This document shows, piece after piece, positions 17,904-25,285 of a stretch of DNA of 64,000 nt. The stretch covers positions 186,902-250,901 of the forward strand of contig CAVRXN010000002.1 in assembly GCA_963725235.1 (NCBI GenBank). The letters run 5' to 3'. How positions within the stretch are numbered: the first letter of the stretch is position 1; each line of letters begins with the position of its first letter. The notes beneath the pieces were generated by a model. It had not been told where the DNA came from. It saw only the letters and a program-made list of their open reading frames with translations, and searched no databases. This stretch comes from an uncultured bacterium (GTDB lineage: Bacteria > Patescibacteriota > Minisyncoccia > UBA6257 > 2-01-FULL-56-20). The position numbers and the translations under genes were made by a program.

Positions 17904-17980
17904 CAACCGTAGCCGGTCCCAGTTCCTTGTAGGGGCTGTCGATATCCACATCGACGGCCCCTTTTATTAACCAATATGTT

Positions 17981-18529
17981 ATGATTATTCTAATGGAAAC
18001 AAGACGTGGTTCAGTCCTGATCATCCTCATTATCGTCGTCGTAATTATTATCGCCCTCGTTGCATGGTGGATTATTTGGCAACAGGGGATGGCCGAACAG
18101 GCCCCAACAACAACGGCGACCACTACGCCTTCGTCAACTATCAATTATTTATCCGACGATCAAACCCCGACCGGCATTCCGTCGGGTCTGCCAATAGATG
18201 CGAGTCCGGAAATTTTGCAAAATTCCCAGAGCAATTATCCGGTGTCCCGGCCGCAGCAAGCACTCTTCGAATATGTGACGGCGAAAACGGTGGAGCAAGC
18301 CTATGCCGACTATATGAATTATCTCCGACAAAATAATTGGATCGTCACTGCGTCGAGCACGGCGAGTGGCGTCGGCAGAATCTCCGCGCAAACGAAGTTC
18401 GTCGCCATGAGCGTGATTATTGGGACGAACACCGTGTTGAACCAGAATACCGTCACGATCGCGACGAACTATTACGCTCCGTCAACGGCACCGTTGAGCG
18501 AGACATCTACGGCGACAGGCAGGCCATAA
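17981..18529 (+). CDS. N-terminally anchored membrane protein of unknown function
   Basis: RRGSVLIILIIVVVIIIALVAWWIIW TM anchor followed by a Thr-rich linker and a ~130-aa domain. Confidence 0.55.
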   Translation: MIILMETRRGSVLIILIIVVVIIIALVAWWIIWQQGMAEQAPTTTATTTPSSTINYLSDDQTPTGIPSGLPIDASPEILQNSQSNYPVSRPQQALFEYVTAKTVEQAYADYMNYLRQNNWIVTASSTASGVGRISAQTKFVAMSVIIGTNTVLNQNTVTIATNYYAPSTAPLSETSTATGRP

Positions 18530-18536
18530 ATATTCA

Positions 18537-18899
18537 ATGAATAGATCATCAAAATTTATTATAATATCCGGGTTAATTTTTTCGGCTTTTATCGTGCTGG
18601 GCGGCTTTCAGCTCCATAGCGCAAAGGCAGTTAATGTGTCTTGTGTCGACGGTGACGTACTTTACTGTGCATCATGTAGGCCGGCCGTTCAAGGTCAATA
18701 TTCTTTTTCGTGCGGTGGACCGTATGATCCAGGAATTCCATTCGAGGATCCTACCACCGGAGGTTGTTATGTCCCGTATTACTGTGCTGATACTTGGGTT
18801 AATGGTGACGCCGTCGCCAGCTGTATTAATTTTGGCCCCGGCAGTGATGTATGCGGGTATTCTGCTGTTGCAGGTTCCTGCCAGGCAGATCTAGGGTAA
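18537..18899 (+). CDS. Small Cys-rich secreted/anchored protein, in frame with the following ORF across one TAA
   Basis: Signal/anchor FIIISGLIFSAFIVLGGF, then 9 Cys in ~90 aa. Stop TAA at 18897-18899 is followed directly by GTG 18900 in the same frame. Confidence 0.55.
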   Translation: MNRSSKFIIISGLIFSAFIVLGGFQLHSAKAVNVSCVDGDVLYCASCRPAVQGQYSFSCGGPYDPGIPFEDPTTGGCYVPYYCADTWVNGDAVASCINFGPGSDVCGYSAVAGSCQADLG

Positions 18900-20522
18900 G
18901 TGGGACCGGAAAATTTGCCGGTAGCATGCTCGAGCCTACAAGCTCCGACTTCGGCAACTCCTCCGGCCCCCCAGCCAACTTCTTCCGGTGTGCCCGACTT
19001 CACCCTTCAGCTTAATCCTACGACGCTTATCCCGGTTACCGCTGGCGATCCGGCGCCGACGTTAACGCTCACATTGACCCCGAACGGTAACTACAGCGGA
19101 GATACGACGCTGACGATAAACGGCATCGGCGGCACGTTATATTATCCGGGCAATGTTCCGGTTAACGGTCCGGTTCTTGTCACGGCAGGCACTGCTCAAA
19201 CATTTAAACTCATCCCTGACGACAATTCCGCAGGTAATTATCCTATCAGCGTAACTGGCGTCAGATTTGACGGCACGGTTCCCCGCAACAGCAATACGGT
19301 AACGTTCGTCGTAAATGCTGCGCCGGTGATCACGGGTGTTACTGTCAACTGCCCGTCGTCAGTGGTCATTAACCAAACCATTCCGTGCAATGCAGTGGTT
19401 AAGGGACACGGCAGTTTCGATTCGACGGTTGCATGGAGCGTTATTAGCCCAATTGGAGGAGGGTGGGGATCTTTCTCGCCGCTGACCACGACGAATGGCG
19501 TTGCAACGAATTATACGGCGCCTGGATCGGTCGGGAATGTGAGGGTGAGGGCGGTGAGTCCAAGCGGAAAATCGGGTACTGAGTGGATCCAGATCGTCGC
19601 CCCATCTCCCTGCACTCCATTGACTTATAGTGCCGCAACTTCCGGTTTCGCAACCTCGACAGCCGGTCCAACAAATCAGAATTCGATAACGCTCGCACCT
19701 ACCGACCAAGTATTCTATACGTACGTCGATTATGGCGAGCAGTATGCGGATTCAATTCAAGCGCCAACTGCTCCAAGCGCGCCGGCATGCACGTTCGATT
19801 CAGCGGATGGCACGAATGGATGGCTTGGCACGGTCGCAATCTTTAAATGCACGACGCCGACCGTCGGCAACTACACCTATAGCACCGGCGTAAACGGCGG
19901 AACGTCGGATAACGATTGTGCAGTTGGCTCGCAGCAGATCGGCGCGGCGAACGGCGTAACGGTATCGAATCCTCTCTCTGGCGGTCCGCCTTCGATATCC
20001 AATCCAAATCCGAATCCGGTTAATCCTGGCGAGGCGACGACGATAACGGCGGCTGGTGGCTGCGGCATCGACACGTGGACTACGAGCGGGAATAATGGCA
20101 CGATCACCGCTCCATCAAATACCGGCACTACATATTCTCCTACAGATTCTCAGCAGGACACTTATACGGTCACCGTTACGGATAGTTGCGGTCAAGCAAG
20201 TACAATGGTGAACGTCTGGAGTCCTATATGTACTCTCGGGGCAAATCCTGAAGTCGTTACCCCACCACAGAGTTCAGATCTTTCGTACACGTGTTTGTAT
20301 GCCGCATTCTGCGAGATAACGGGGAAAGATGTGAACGGGGCGATTGATTACACGAGCAATCAGCTTCCTTCTGCAATGAACGGAGTAGTCACGGTTACAC
20401 CATCGAAGACAACGAATTACACGCTCGTCTGCAACGGCAATGGTTCCGGTCCAGGCAATACTACCCAAAACACCGCCACGGTTAGCGTCTCCGGCTCCAA
20501 CATCCACGAAACGAATCCATGA
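18900..20522 (+). CDS. Large Thr/Gly/Asn-rich surface protein with Ig-like beta-sandwich style repeats (candidate pilus-associated adhesin); no signal peptide of its own
   Basis: 540-aa ORF starting at GTG. Repeated ..TPNGNYSGDTTLT.., ..VTVNCPSSVVINQTIPCNAV.., ..TVSVSG.. segments. Same frame as the upstream Cys-rich ORF. Confidence 0.55.
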   Translation: MGPENLPVACSSLQAPTSATPPAPQPTSSGVPDFTLQLNPTTLIPVTAGDPAPTLTLTLTPNGNYSGDTTLTINGIGGTLYYPGNVPVNGPVLVTAGTAQTFKLIPDDNSAGNYPISVTGVRFDGTVPRNSNTVTFVVNAAPVITGVTVNCPSSVVINQTIPCNAVVKGHGSFDSTVAWSVISPIGGGWGSFSPLTTTNGVATNYTAPGSVGNVRVRAVSPSGKSGTEWIQIVAPSPCTPLTYSAATSGFATSTAGPTNQNSITLAPTDQVFYTYVDYGEQYADSIQAPTAPSAPACTFDSADGTNGWLGTVAIFKCTTPTVGNYTYSTGVNGGTSDNDCAVGSQQIGAANGVTVSNPLSGGPPSISNPNPNPVNPGEATTITAAGGCGIDTWTTSGNNGTITAPSNTGTTYSPTDSQQDTYTVTVTDSCGQASTMVNVWSPICTLGANPEVVTPPQSSDLSYTCLYAAFCEITGKDVNGAIDYTSNQLPSAMNGVVTVTPSKTTNYTLVCNGNGSGPGNTTQNTATVSVSGSNIHETNP

Positions 20523-20974
20523 TGAGGCGTAGCCGTAAGCGCGAGCGCAGCCATAGCCGCGGGCGCGACGGCCAAGCCATGCTCATCGCCATCCTCACGC
20601 TCGGCGGCGCGATTTTAGGCGCAACATCGCTCGCCGGTTTGCTGCTACTGTACCAAATCCGCTCGACAACCGATACCGAGAATTCCGCAAAAGCAATCTT
20701 CGCGGCGGACACCGGCGCAAACTGGGCACTCTATACATACTTCAATTCGCCGCAGCAGGGGACCGGCCCGGGCATCAACAAGAATGGAGCGCTTGATGAC
20801 GACGAGTCCGTTGCGATAACCTGTTATGCTGCGGATGGGGCGACTCTCGCAGCATGTGATGATCAAGATAATAATCCCGCAACGACGTCGTACGCTATTG
20901 CCGAGGGCTTATCCGGCGGCGCACGGCGTGCGTTTTGGCTCGGCTTGGCTACCGCGACCGGAACGGTGCCTTAG
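20519..20974 (+). CDS. PilX-N-like pilus assembly protein
   Basis: Basic N-terminus, then GQAMLIAILTLGGAILGATSLAGLLLLY, resembling the PilX N-terminal hydrophobic segment. ATGATG overlap with the upstream gene. Confidence 0.5.
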   Translation: MMRRSRKRERSHSRGRDGQAMLIAILTLGGAILGATSLAGLLLLYQIRSTTDTENSAKAIFAADTGANWALYTYFNSPQQGTGPGINKNGALDDDESVAITCYAADGATLAACDDQDNNPATTSYAIAEGLSGGARRAFWLGLATATGTVP

Positions 20975-21031
20975 GTGTGCGACATCCGCGTGCCGCTCCA
21001 AAAAGGCCGCAGGCGGGTATAATAGAAAGGT

Positions 21032-23128
21032 ATGACGAAGGCCGCCGCCCGCGAGCGCATTGAACAGTTGAAAAAACTGATTGCCAAATACCGCTCCTCG
21101 CGGCTGACTTTTAATAAAGAATTAATTTCACCCGAAGCCGAGGATGCGCTCAAAAAAGAATTGTTCGATCTCGAAACGCAATTTCCGGATTTGGTAACTG
21201 CGGATTCGCCGACCCAGCGGATCGGCGGGGCGCCATTAAAAGAATTTAAAAAAGTTCACCACACCGAGCGGATGACGTCGTTTAACGATGCGTTCAGCGA
21301 GGATGATATGCGCGCGTGGTTCAAGCGGTTGGAGGATTATTTAGGCAGAGAGCGCAGGAGAGAAAGAGAGCAGAGAGTGGAATTTTACTGCGAGCTAAAA
21401 ATCGATGGTCTCGCGATCGAGCTCGAATATGAGAACGGTGTTTTCGTTCGCGGGTCGACGCGCGGGGATGGGATGGTCGGCGAAGATGTTACCCAGAATC
21501 TGAAAACCATCGAAGCGATTCCGCTGCAGATTTCGGGCGACGGTTTGCCGCGCGGGATCAAGATGCCGCAGCGTTTGATCGTCCGCGGCGAAGTTTTTTT
21601 AACCAAGCGCGAGTTTGCGCGCATCAACCGCGAGCTCGCCGCGCGCGATGCGAAGACCTACGCGAATCCACGCAACGTCGCCGCCGGCTCAATTCGCCAG
21701 CTCGATCCGCGCATCACGGCCTCGCGCCGTCTCGATTCGTTCCAGTATGACATCGTGACCGACCTCGGCCAGAAGACACACGAAGAGGAACACGAACTCC
21801 TCGCCGCGATGGGTTTTCGGACGAATCCGAACAATCGGTTAGTTCACTCACTCGAGGAAGTTTTTAAGTTTCGCGACTATTGGGGTGAACACGAACGGCG
21901 CGAGAAAATCGACTACGAATATGACGGCATCGTCGTTATTGTTAATGATAATTTAATTTTCGAGCGCGGCGGCATTATCGGCAAAGCGCCGCGCGCCGCG
22001 ATGGCGTACAAATTTTCACCGCGCGAGGCGACGACGATTGTCGAAGACATCAAAGTCCAGGTCGGCCGAACCGGCGCGCTGACGCCGGTTGCCGTCATGC
22101 GGCCCGTTAATGTCGGCGGCGTAACGATAACGCATGCGTCGCTGCATAACGCCGACGAGATTGAACGACTCGGCCTGAAGATTGGCGATACGGTCATTGT
22201 TCAGCGTGCAGGCGATGTCATTCCGCAGATTACTCGCGTGTTGCCGGAGCTGCGGACGGGTCGCGAACGGGCGTTTAAGATGCCGACGCGTTGTCCGGTC
22301 GATGGATCGCCGGTTGTTCGCGACGCCGACGGCGCAATCTCGCGCTGCTCGTCACGCCAGTGTGCCGCCCAACATCGTGAACAGCTCTCTCATTTCGTCT
22401 CGCGCGCCGCGTTTAACATCGAGGGCCTCGGCCCAAAAATCATCGACAAGTTCCTCGACGAAGGATTGATCGCCGATGCCGCAGATTTTTTCTCGCTGCG
22501 CGCCGGCGACATCGCCGCACTCGAGCGATTCGGCGAGAAGTCGGCGGAGAATATTGTTAGCGAAGTTGCTGCGAAACGGCGCGTGACGCTGCCGCGGTTT
22601 TTGTATGCGCTTGGGATTTTGCACGTCGGTGAGGAAACGGCGGTGGCGTTGGCGAGAAATACTGACTTTGGACAAAGGGACAAAGAAACAGGGAAACACG
22701 GAAATATACACATTAAGGATATATTAAAAATGTTTCGCGAACTCTCACTCGACGACTTGCAAAAAATCCCCGACATTGGCCCGAAAGTTGCGCAGAGTAT
22801 TTATGATTGGTTTCATGAGTCACGCAACGCGAAGTTGCTCGAGCGGCTCGAGAAGGCGGGAGTCGAAGTAGAAATCCCGGCCGGAGTTACCGCGCGAGGA
22901 AAGCTCGCCGGACAATCGTTCGTTATCACCGGCAGCTTGGAGTCCATGAGTCGCGAGGAGGCGAAGGAAAAAATTCGCGAGCAAGGCGGTGATGCATCCG
23001 AATCCGTATCGGGCAAAACCAGCTATCTCGTCGCCGGCAGCGAGCCCGGATCGAAGTTCGAGAAGGCGAAGAAGCTTGGCGTGAAGGTGATTGGGGAGAA
23101 GGAATTTCTAAAATTGATTGGACAATAA
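21032..23128 (+). CDS. ligA: NAD-dependent DNA ligase LigA
   Basis: Adenylation motif CELKIDGLA, OB fold, Zn-finger CPVDGSPV..C..C, HhH motifs, C-terminal BRCT (GQSFVITGSLESMSREEAKEKIREQGG). Confidence 0.95.
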   Translation: MTKAAARERIEQLKKLIAKYRSSRLTFNKELISPEAEDALKKELFDLETQFPDLVTADSPTQRIGGAPLKEFKKVHHTERMTSFNDAFSEDDMRAWFKRLEDYLGRERRREREQRVEFYCELKIDGLAIELEYENGVFVRGSTRGDGMVGEDVTQNLKTIEAIPLQISGDGLPRGIKMPQRLIVRGEVFLTKREFARINRELAARDAKTYANPRNVAAGSIRQLDPRITASRRLDSFQYDIVTDLGQKTHEEEHELLAAMGFRTNPNNRLVHSLEEVFKFRDYWGEHERREKIDYEYDGIVVIVNDNLIFERGGIIGKAPRAAMAYKFSPREATTIVEDIKVQVGRTGALTPVAVMRPVNVGGVTITHASLHNADEIERLGLKIGDTVIVQRAGDVIPQITRVLPELRTGRERAFKMPTRCPVDGSPVVRDADGAISRCSSRQCAAQHREQLSHFVSRAAFNIEGLGPKIIDKFLDEGLIADAADFFSLRAGDIAALERFGEKSAENIVSEVAAKRRVTLPRFLYALGILHVGEETAVALARNTDFGQRDKETGKHGNIHIKDILKMFRELSLDDLQKIPDIGPKVAQSIYDWFHESRNAKLLERLEKAGVEVEIPAGVTARGKLAGQSFVITGSLESMSREEAKEKIREQGGDASESVSGKTSYLVAGSEPGSKFEKAKKLGVKVIGEKEFLKLIGQ
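22671..22709 (+). repeat. GAGACA-type dispersed repeat, copy D, in frame inside ligA
   Basis: GACAAAGGGACAAAGAAACAGGGAAACACGGAAATATAC aligns with the reverse complement of copy B (GACAAAGAGACAGAAAGACACGGATAC). Encodes part of DFGQRDKETGKHGNIHIK. Confidence 0.6.
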
Positions 23129-23220
23129 TAGTTGAAATCGATTTTCATTTGTCAAAAAGTTTTTAATAATTTTTTAATGTGAGTGTGCTTTGATTAGATT
23201 GGGCGATAGAGCCCTATCTA

Positions 23221-23898
23221 ATGCCGATCTATAAAACCGTAAATCAGGATTTCTTCAAAACGTGGTCGAGCGATATGGCGTATGTACTCGGGTTTTTTGC
23301 TGCGGATAGGAATATGAGTAAAAACAAAAGAGGCGGATGCTATATTGATTTTGGCATAACAGACCTCGAGTTGCTCGAAGATATCAGGAAAGCATTCGGT
23401 TCTAATAATAAAATTTCAGCACGCGATAGGGGAGCAATTTGGAAAATACTCTATCGCTTGCAGATTGGTAGTAAAAATATGTATAACGATCTTATCGCGC
23501 TTGGTTTTACGCCTCGCAAAAGCTTAACTATCAAGTTCCCATCCATTCCAAAAAAGTATCTTGCAGATTTTGTGCGAGGGTATTTCGATGGAGACGGCTG
23601 TGTGCATTTTGGAAAATATTGGAGGAAAGATCGTCAAGAGTGGAAATTACAGTTGAGCGTTCATTTTATATCAGGCAACAGAGATTTTCTAGAAAAGCTA
23701 TGGAAGGGGTTAAGACCGCTTGTAGCGGGTGGGCATATTTCGAGCAAAAAAGGCGGATATGAGCTTGTATTTGGCCAGCACGATAGTGTTGCATTATTCC
23801 ATTTTATGTATGATAATAGTTCAGAATTGTTCTTGAAGCGCAAATATGAAAAATTTCTATTTGCATTTAAGGAACTAGGAGTTGCGGTCGTGGTGTAG
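23221..23898 (+). CDS. Free-standing LAGLIDADG homing endonuclease (two-motif, single-chain type)
   Basis: Two LAGLIDADG-like motifs: YVLGFFAADRN and FVRGYFDGDGCV. The 3' end overlaps the first 15 nt of tRNA-Asp. The surrounding region is AT-rich. Confidence 0.8.
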   Translation: MPIYKTVNQDFFKTWSSDMAYVLGFFAADRNMSKNKRGGCYIDFGITDLELLEDIRKAFGSNNKISARDRGAIWKILYRLQIGSKNMYNDLIALGFTPRKSLTIKFPSIPKKYLADFVRGYFDGDGCVHFGKYWRKDRQEWKLQLSVHFISGNRDFLEKLWKGLRPLVAGGHISSKKGGYELVFGQHDSVALFHFMYDNSSELFLKRKYEKFLFAFKELGVAVVV

Positions 23899-23958
23899 CC
23901 TGGTTAACATGTCTCCCTGTCACGGAGAAGATCGCCGGTTCAAATCCGGTCGGCCGCG
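23884..23958 (+). tRNA. tRNA-Asp (anticodon GTC)
   Basis: Acceptor GCGGTCG/CGGCCGC (one G-U pair), anticodon stem TCTCC/GGAGA with loop CTGTCAC, T arm GCCGG-TTCAAAT-CCGGT, discriminator G. 75 nt, no CCA. Confidence 0.9.
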
Positions 23959-23983
23959 CAGCTGAATTTTTCATGCTAAAAAC

Positions 23984-24005
23984 CCTTATCCCATAAGGAT
24001 TTTTT
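23984..24005 (+). terminator. Rho-independent terminator after tRNA-Asp
   Basis: CCTTAT-CCC-ATAAGG followed by ATTTTTT. Confidence 0.6.
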
Positions 24006-24049
24006 CGGTTCAAACATTTTGTGAAATCGGTTCAAGTCCGACAGGGAAG

Positions 24050-24274
24050 ATGTGCTATTATCAATCTATGGATCGAAAGGGCTTTTCGTCTCTTATCGTA
24101 ATTGGCATTATTGTCGTTGTTATTATCGTCGGTGCCATTGGATATTTTGCATGGAGGCAATCTTCACAGACATCTGAGGTTTCGCCCGTATCGGTAGCCA
24201 CTGACGGGATGTTCCAATGGCGTGCCGCAGGAATTACTTTCCAGTATCCAAATGGATGGAACGGCCTCTCGTGA
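24050..24274 (+). CDS. N-terminally anchored protein, 5' part; ends at an in-frame TGA
   Basis: TM anchor FSSLIVIGIIVVVIIVGAIGYFAW. Same reading frame as ORF 24353..24700, with no other stop between them. Confidence 0.55.
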   Translation: MCYYQSMDRKGFSSLIVIGIIVVVIIVGAIGYFAWRQSSQTSEVSPVSVATDGMFQWRAAGITFQYPNGWNGLS

Positions 24275-24352
24275 GAGCCGTCAGACCTTCAAGATAGTTC
24301 ACGAATAGAATTAATTTCGCCGATTGGTGCGAACGGAACAGGATATTTTTGT

Positions 24353-24700
24353 ATGGAATTGGATTTGGATTCCGCCACTTCTTCACCGCTGAATTCTAGG
24401 TATTATAAATTGGACGACGGAATCACAATCGGATCTATTTTGAATGGACTCGAACTATATCAACAAAAATATAAGTACAGTTCGACGAAAAATATTTTGC
24501 GAACGTATATTACTGACAATCAGCAATTCAGCGAGGTGCAGTTGCCGAATGGAAAAGAGCTTTTTGCGAATATCTCTTATAGTTGTACCGGGGGATCTAT
24601 TGAGACAGCAACGCTGACTTACGACCAACAACAAGAAAGCTCTGATTATCAAACCGCACTCAAAACTTTTGAATCTTTTAAATACATCCAGTCGCCATAA
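24353..24700 (+). CDS. Hypothetical protein, probably the 3' part of the 24050 gene
   Basis: The frame is open from 24275 to 24700 and matches the frame of 24050..24274. No signal peptide or promoter of its own was recognised. Confidence 0.5.
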   Translation: MELDLDSATSSPLNSRYYKLDDGITIGSILNGLELYQQKYKYSSTKNILRTYITDNQQFSEVQLPNGKELFANISYSCTGGSIETATLTYDQQQESSDYQTALKTFESFKYIQSP

Positions 24701-24791
24701 AATTTGGAATAAAGATTTTACCCTCATTTCTCATGAAATAGGTTCTAACATCGTCCGTCACCCCGCGCAAAATAAAATAAGCTCACAAAAT

Positions 24792-24818
24792 AAAAAACCG
24801 CACGATTCGTCGCGCGGT
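24792..24818 (-). terminator. Rho-independent terminator of the minus-strand 26848->24857 transcription unit
   Basis: On the minus strand: ACCGCGCGA-CGAA-TCGTGCGGT followed by TTTTTTATTTT. Confidence 0.65.
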
Positions 24819-24856
24819 CTAATAGCGATTCGATTGAGCGGACATGCCGGACGAGC

Positions 24857-25279
24857 CTAGCGTACAATCTTTTGGTCCCGACTTCTTGCCACCTGTTCGC
24901 GCGGAGTTTTCAGATCCATAGGATCCGCTCCGACATGGATAAGAGCCCATTCCCCGACAATGCTTTTATCACCATCCTGCTGGACGATGTCGAGACCCTT
25001 CACGAGGATCCTATACCCCAGCTTCAAGCCATCGTAACGCTTCTTCGCGCTTCTCATACTCGTAAAACTTTCCACCGAACGACGAATCGTGGGTTTTCTA
25101 TATCTCGTCTTTGTTGGATAAAACCAGATGATACTAAAGGCATCATGTGGGGATGTCGTTCGCGCGACTTCGGCGAGGCCTTCCCGGACCCTAGGGTTCT
25201 CCCCGAGAAAACGACCAGCGTTCTTATACATTATTTCCTTCTCCTCCCTCACGAGATGATTATCTTTTTTAGGAGGCAT
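24857..25279 (-). CDS. Hypothetical protein
   Basis: 140-aa ORF immediately downstream of the RnfD-like/FNR gene. No recognisable motifs. Confidence 0.5.
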   Translation of the reverse strand: MPPKKDNHLVREEKEIMYKNAGRFLGENPRVREGLAEVARTTSPHDAFSIIWFYPTKTRYRKPTIRRSVESFTSMRSAKKRYDGLKLGYRILVKGLDIVQQDGDKSIVGEWALIHVGADPMDLKTPREQVARSRDQKIVR

Positions 25280-25285
25280 GTCAAG

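Noticed and set aside
21340-21380. Purine-rich tract GGCAGAGAGCGCAGGAGAGAAAGAGAGCAGAGAGTGG in ligA, considered as a fifth copy of the GAGACA repeat
   Set aside because: - It is GAGAG-based rather than GAGACA-based and shares no diagnostic strings (ACACGGA, GTCTGGGTGT, GAGACAAAGA).
- The encoded RERRREREQR lies in a naturally variable LigA linker, only ~6 aa longer than in E. coli.
24025-24050. tRNA 3'-half-like fragment (ATCGGTTCAAGTCCGACAGGGAAGA) 70 bp after tRNA-Asp, considered as an att-site scar
   Set aside because: - Only the T-arm consensus (GGTTCAA.TCCG) matches.
- The acceptor part differs from tRNA-Asp, and no 5' half or integrase is nearby.
- T-loop-like strings of this length arise by chance. 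It is kept only as a note.
24272-24274. Possibility that in-frame TGA (here and generally) means an alternative genetic code (UGA=Gly, as in Gracilibacteria/SR1) or selenocysteine
   Set aside because: - TGA clearly terminates many well-defined genes in this window. Examples: the methyltransferase at 4871, comFC at 5864, pilN at 8301, the minor pilins at 15728 and 16940, and the ORF ending 20522. Several of these are ATGA stop/start overlaps.
- No SECIS-like hairpin follows 24274.
- A nonsense change or a base-call error is therefore more parsimonious.
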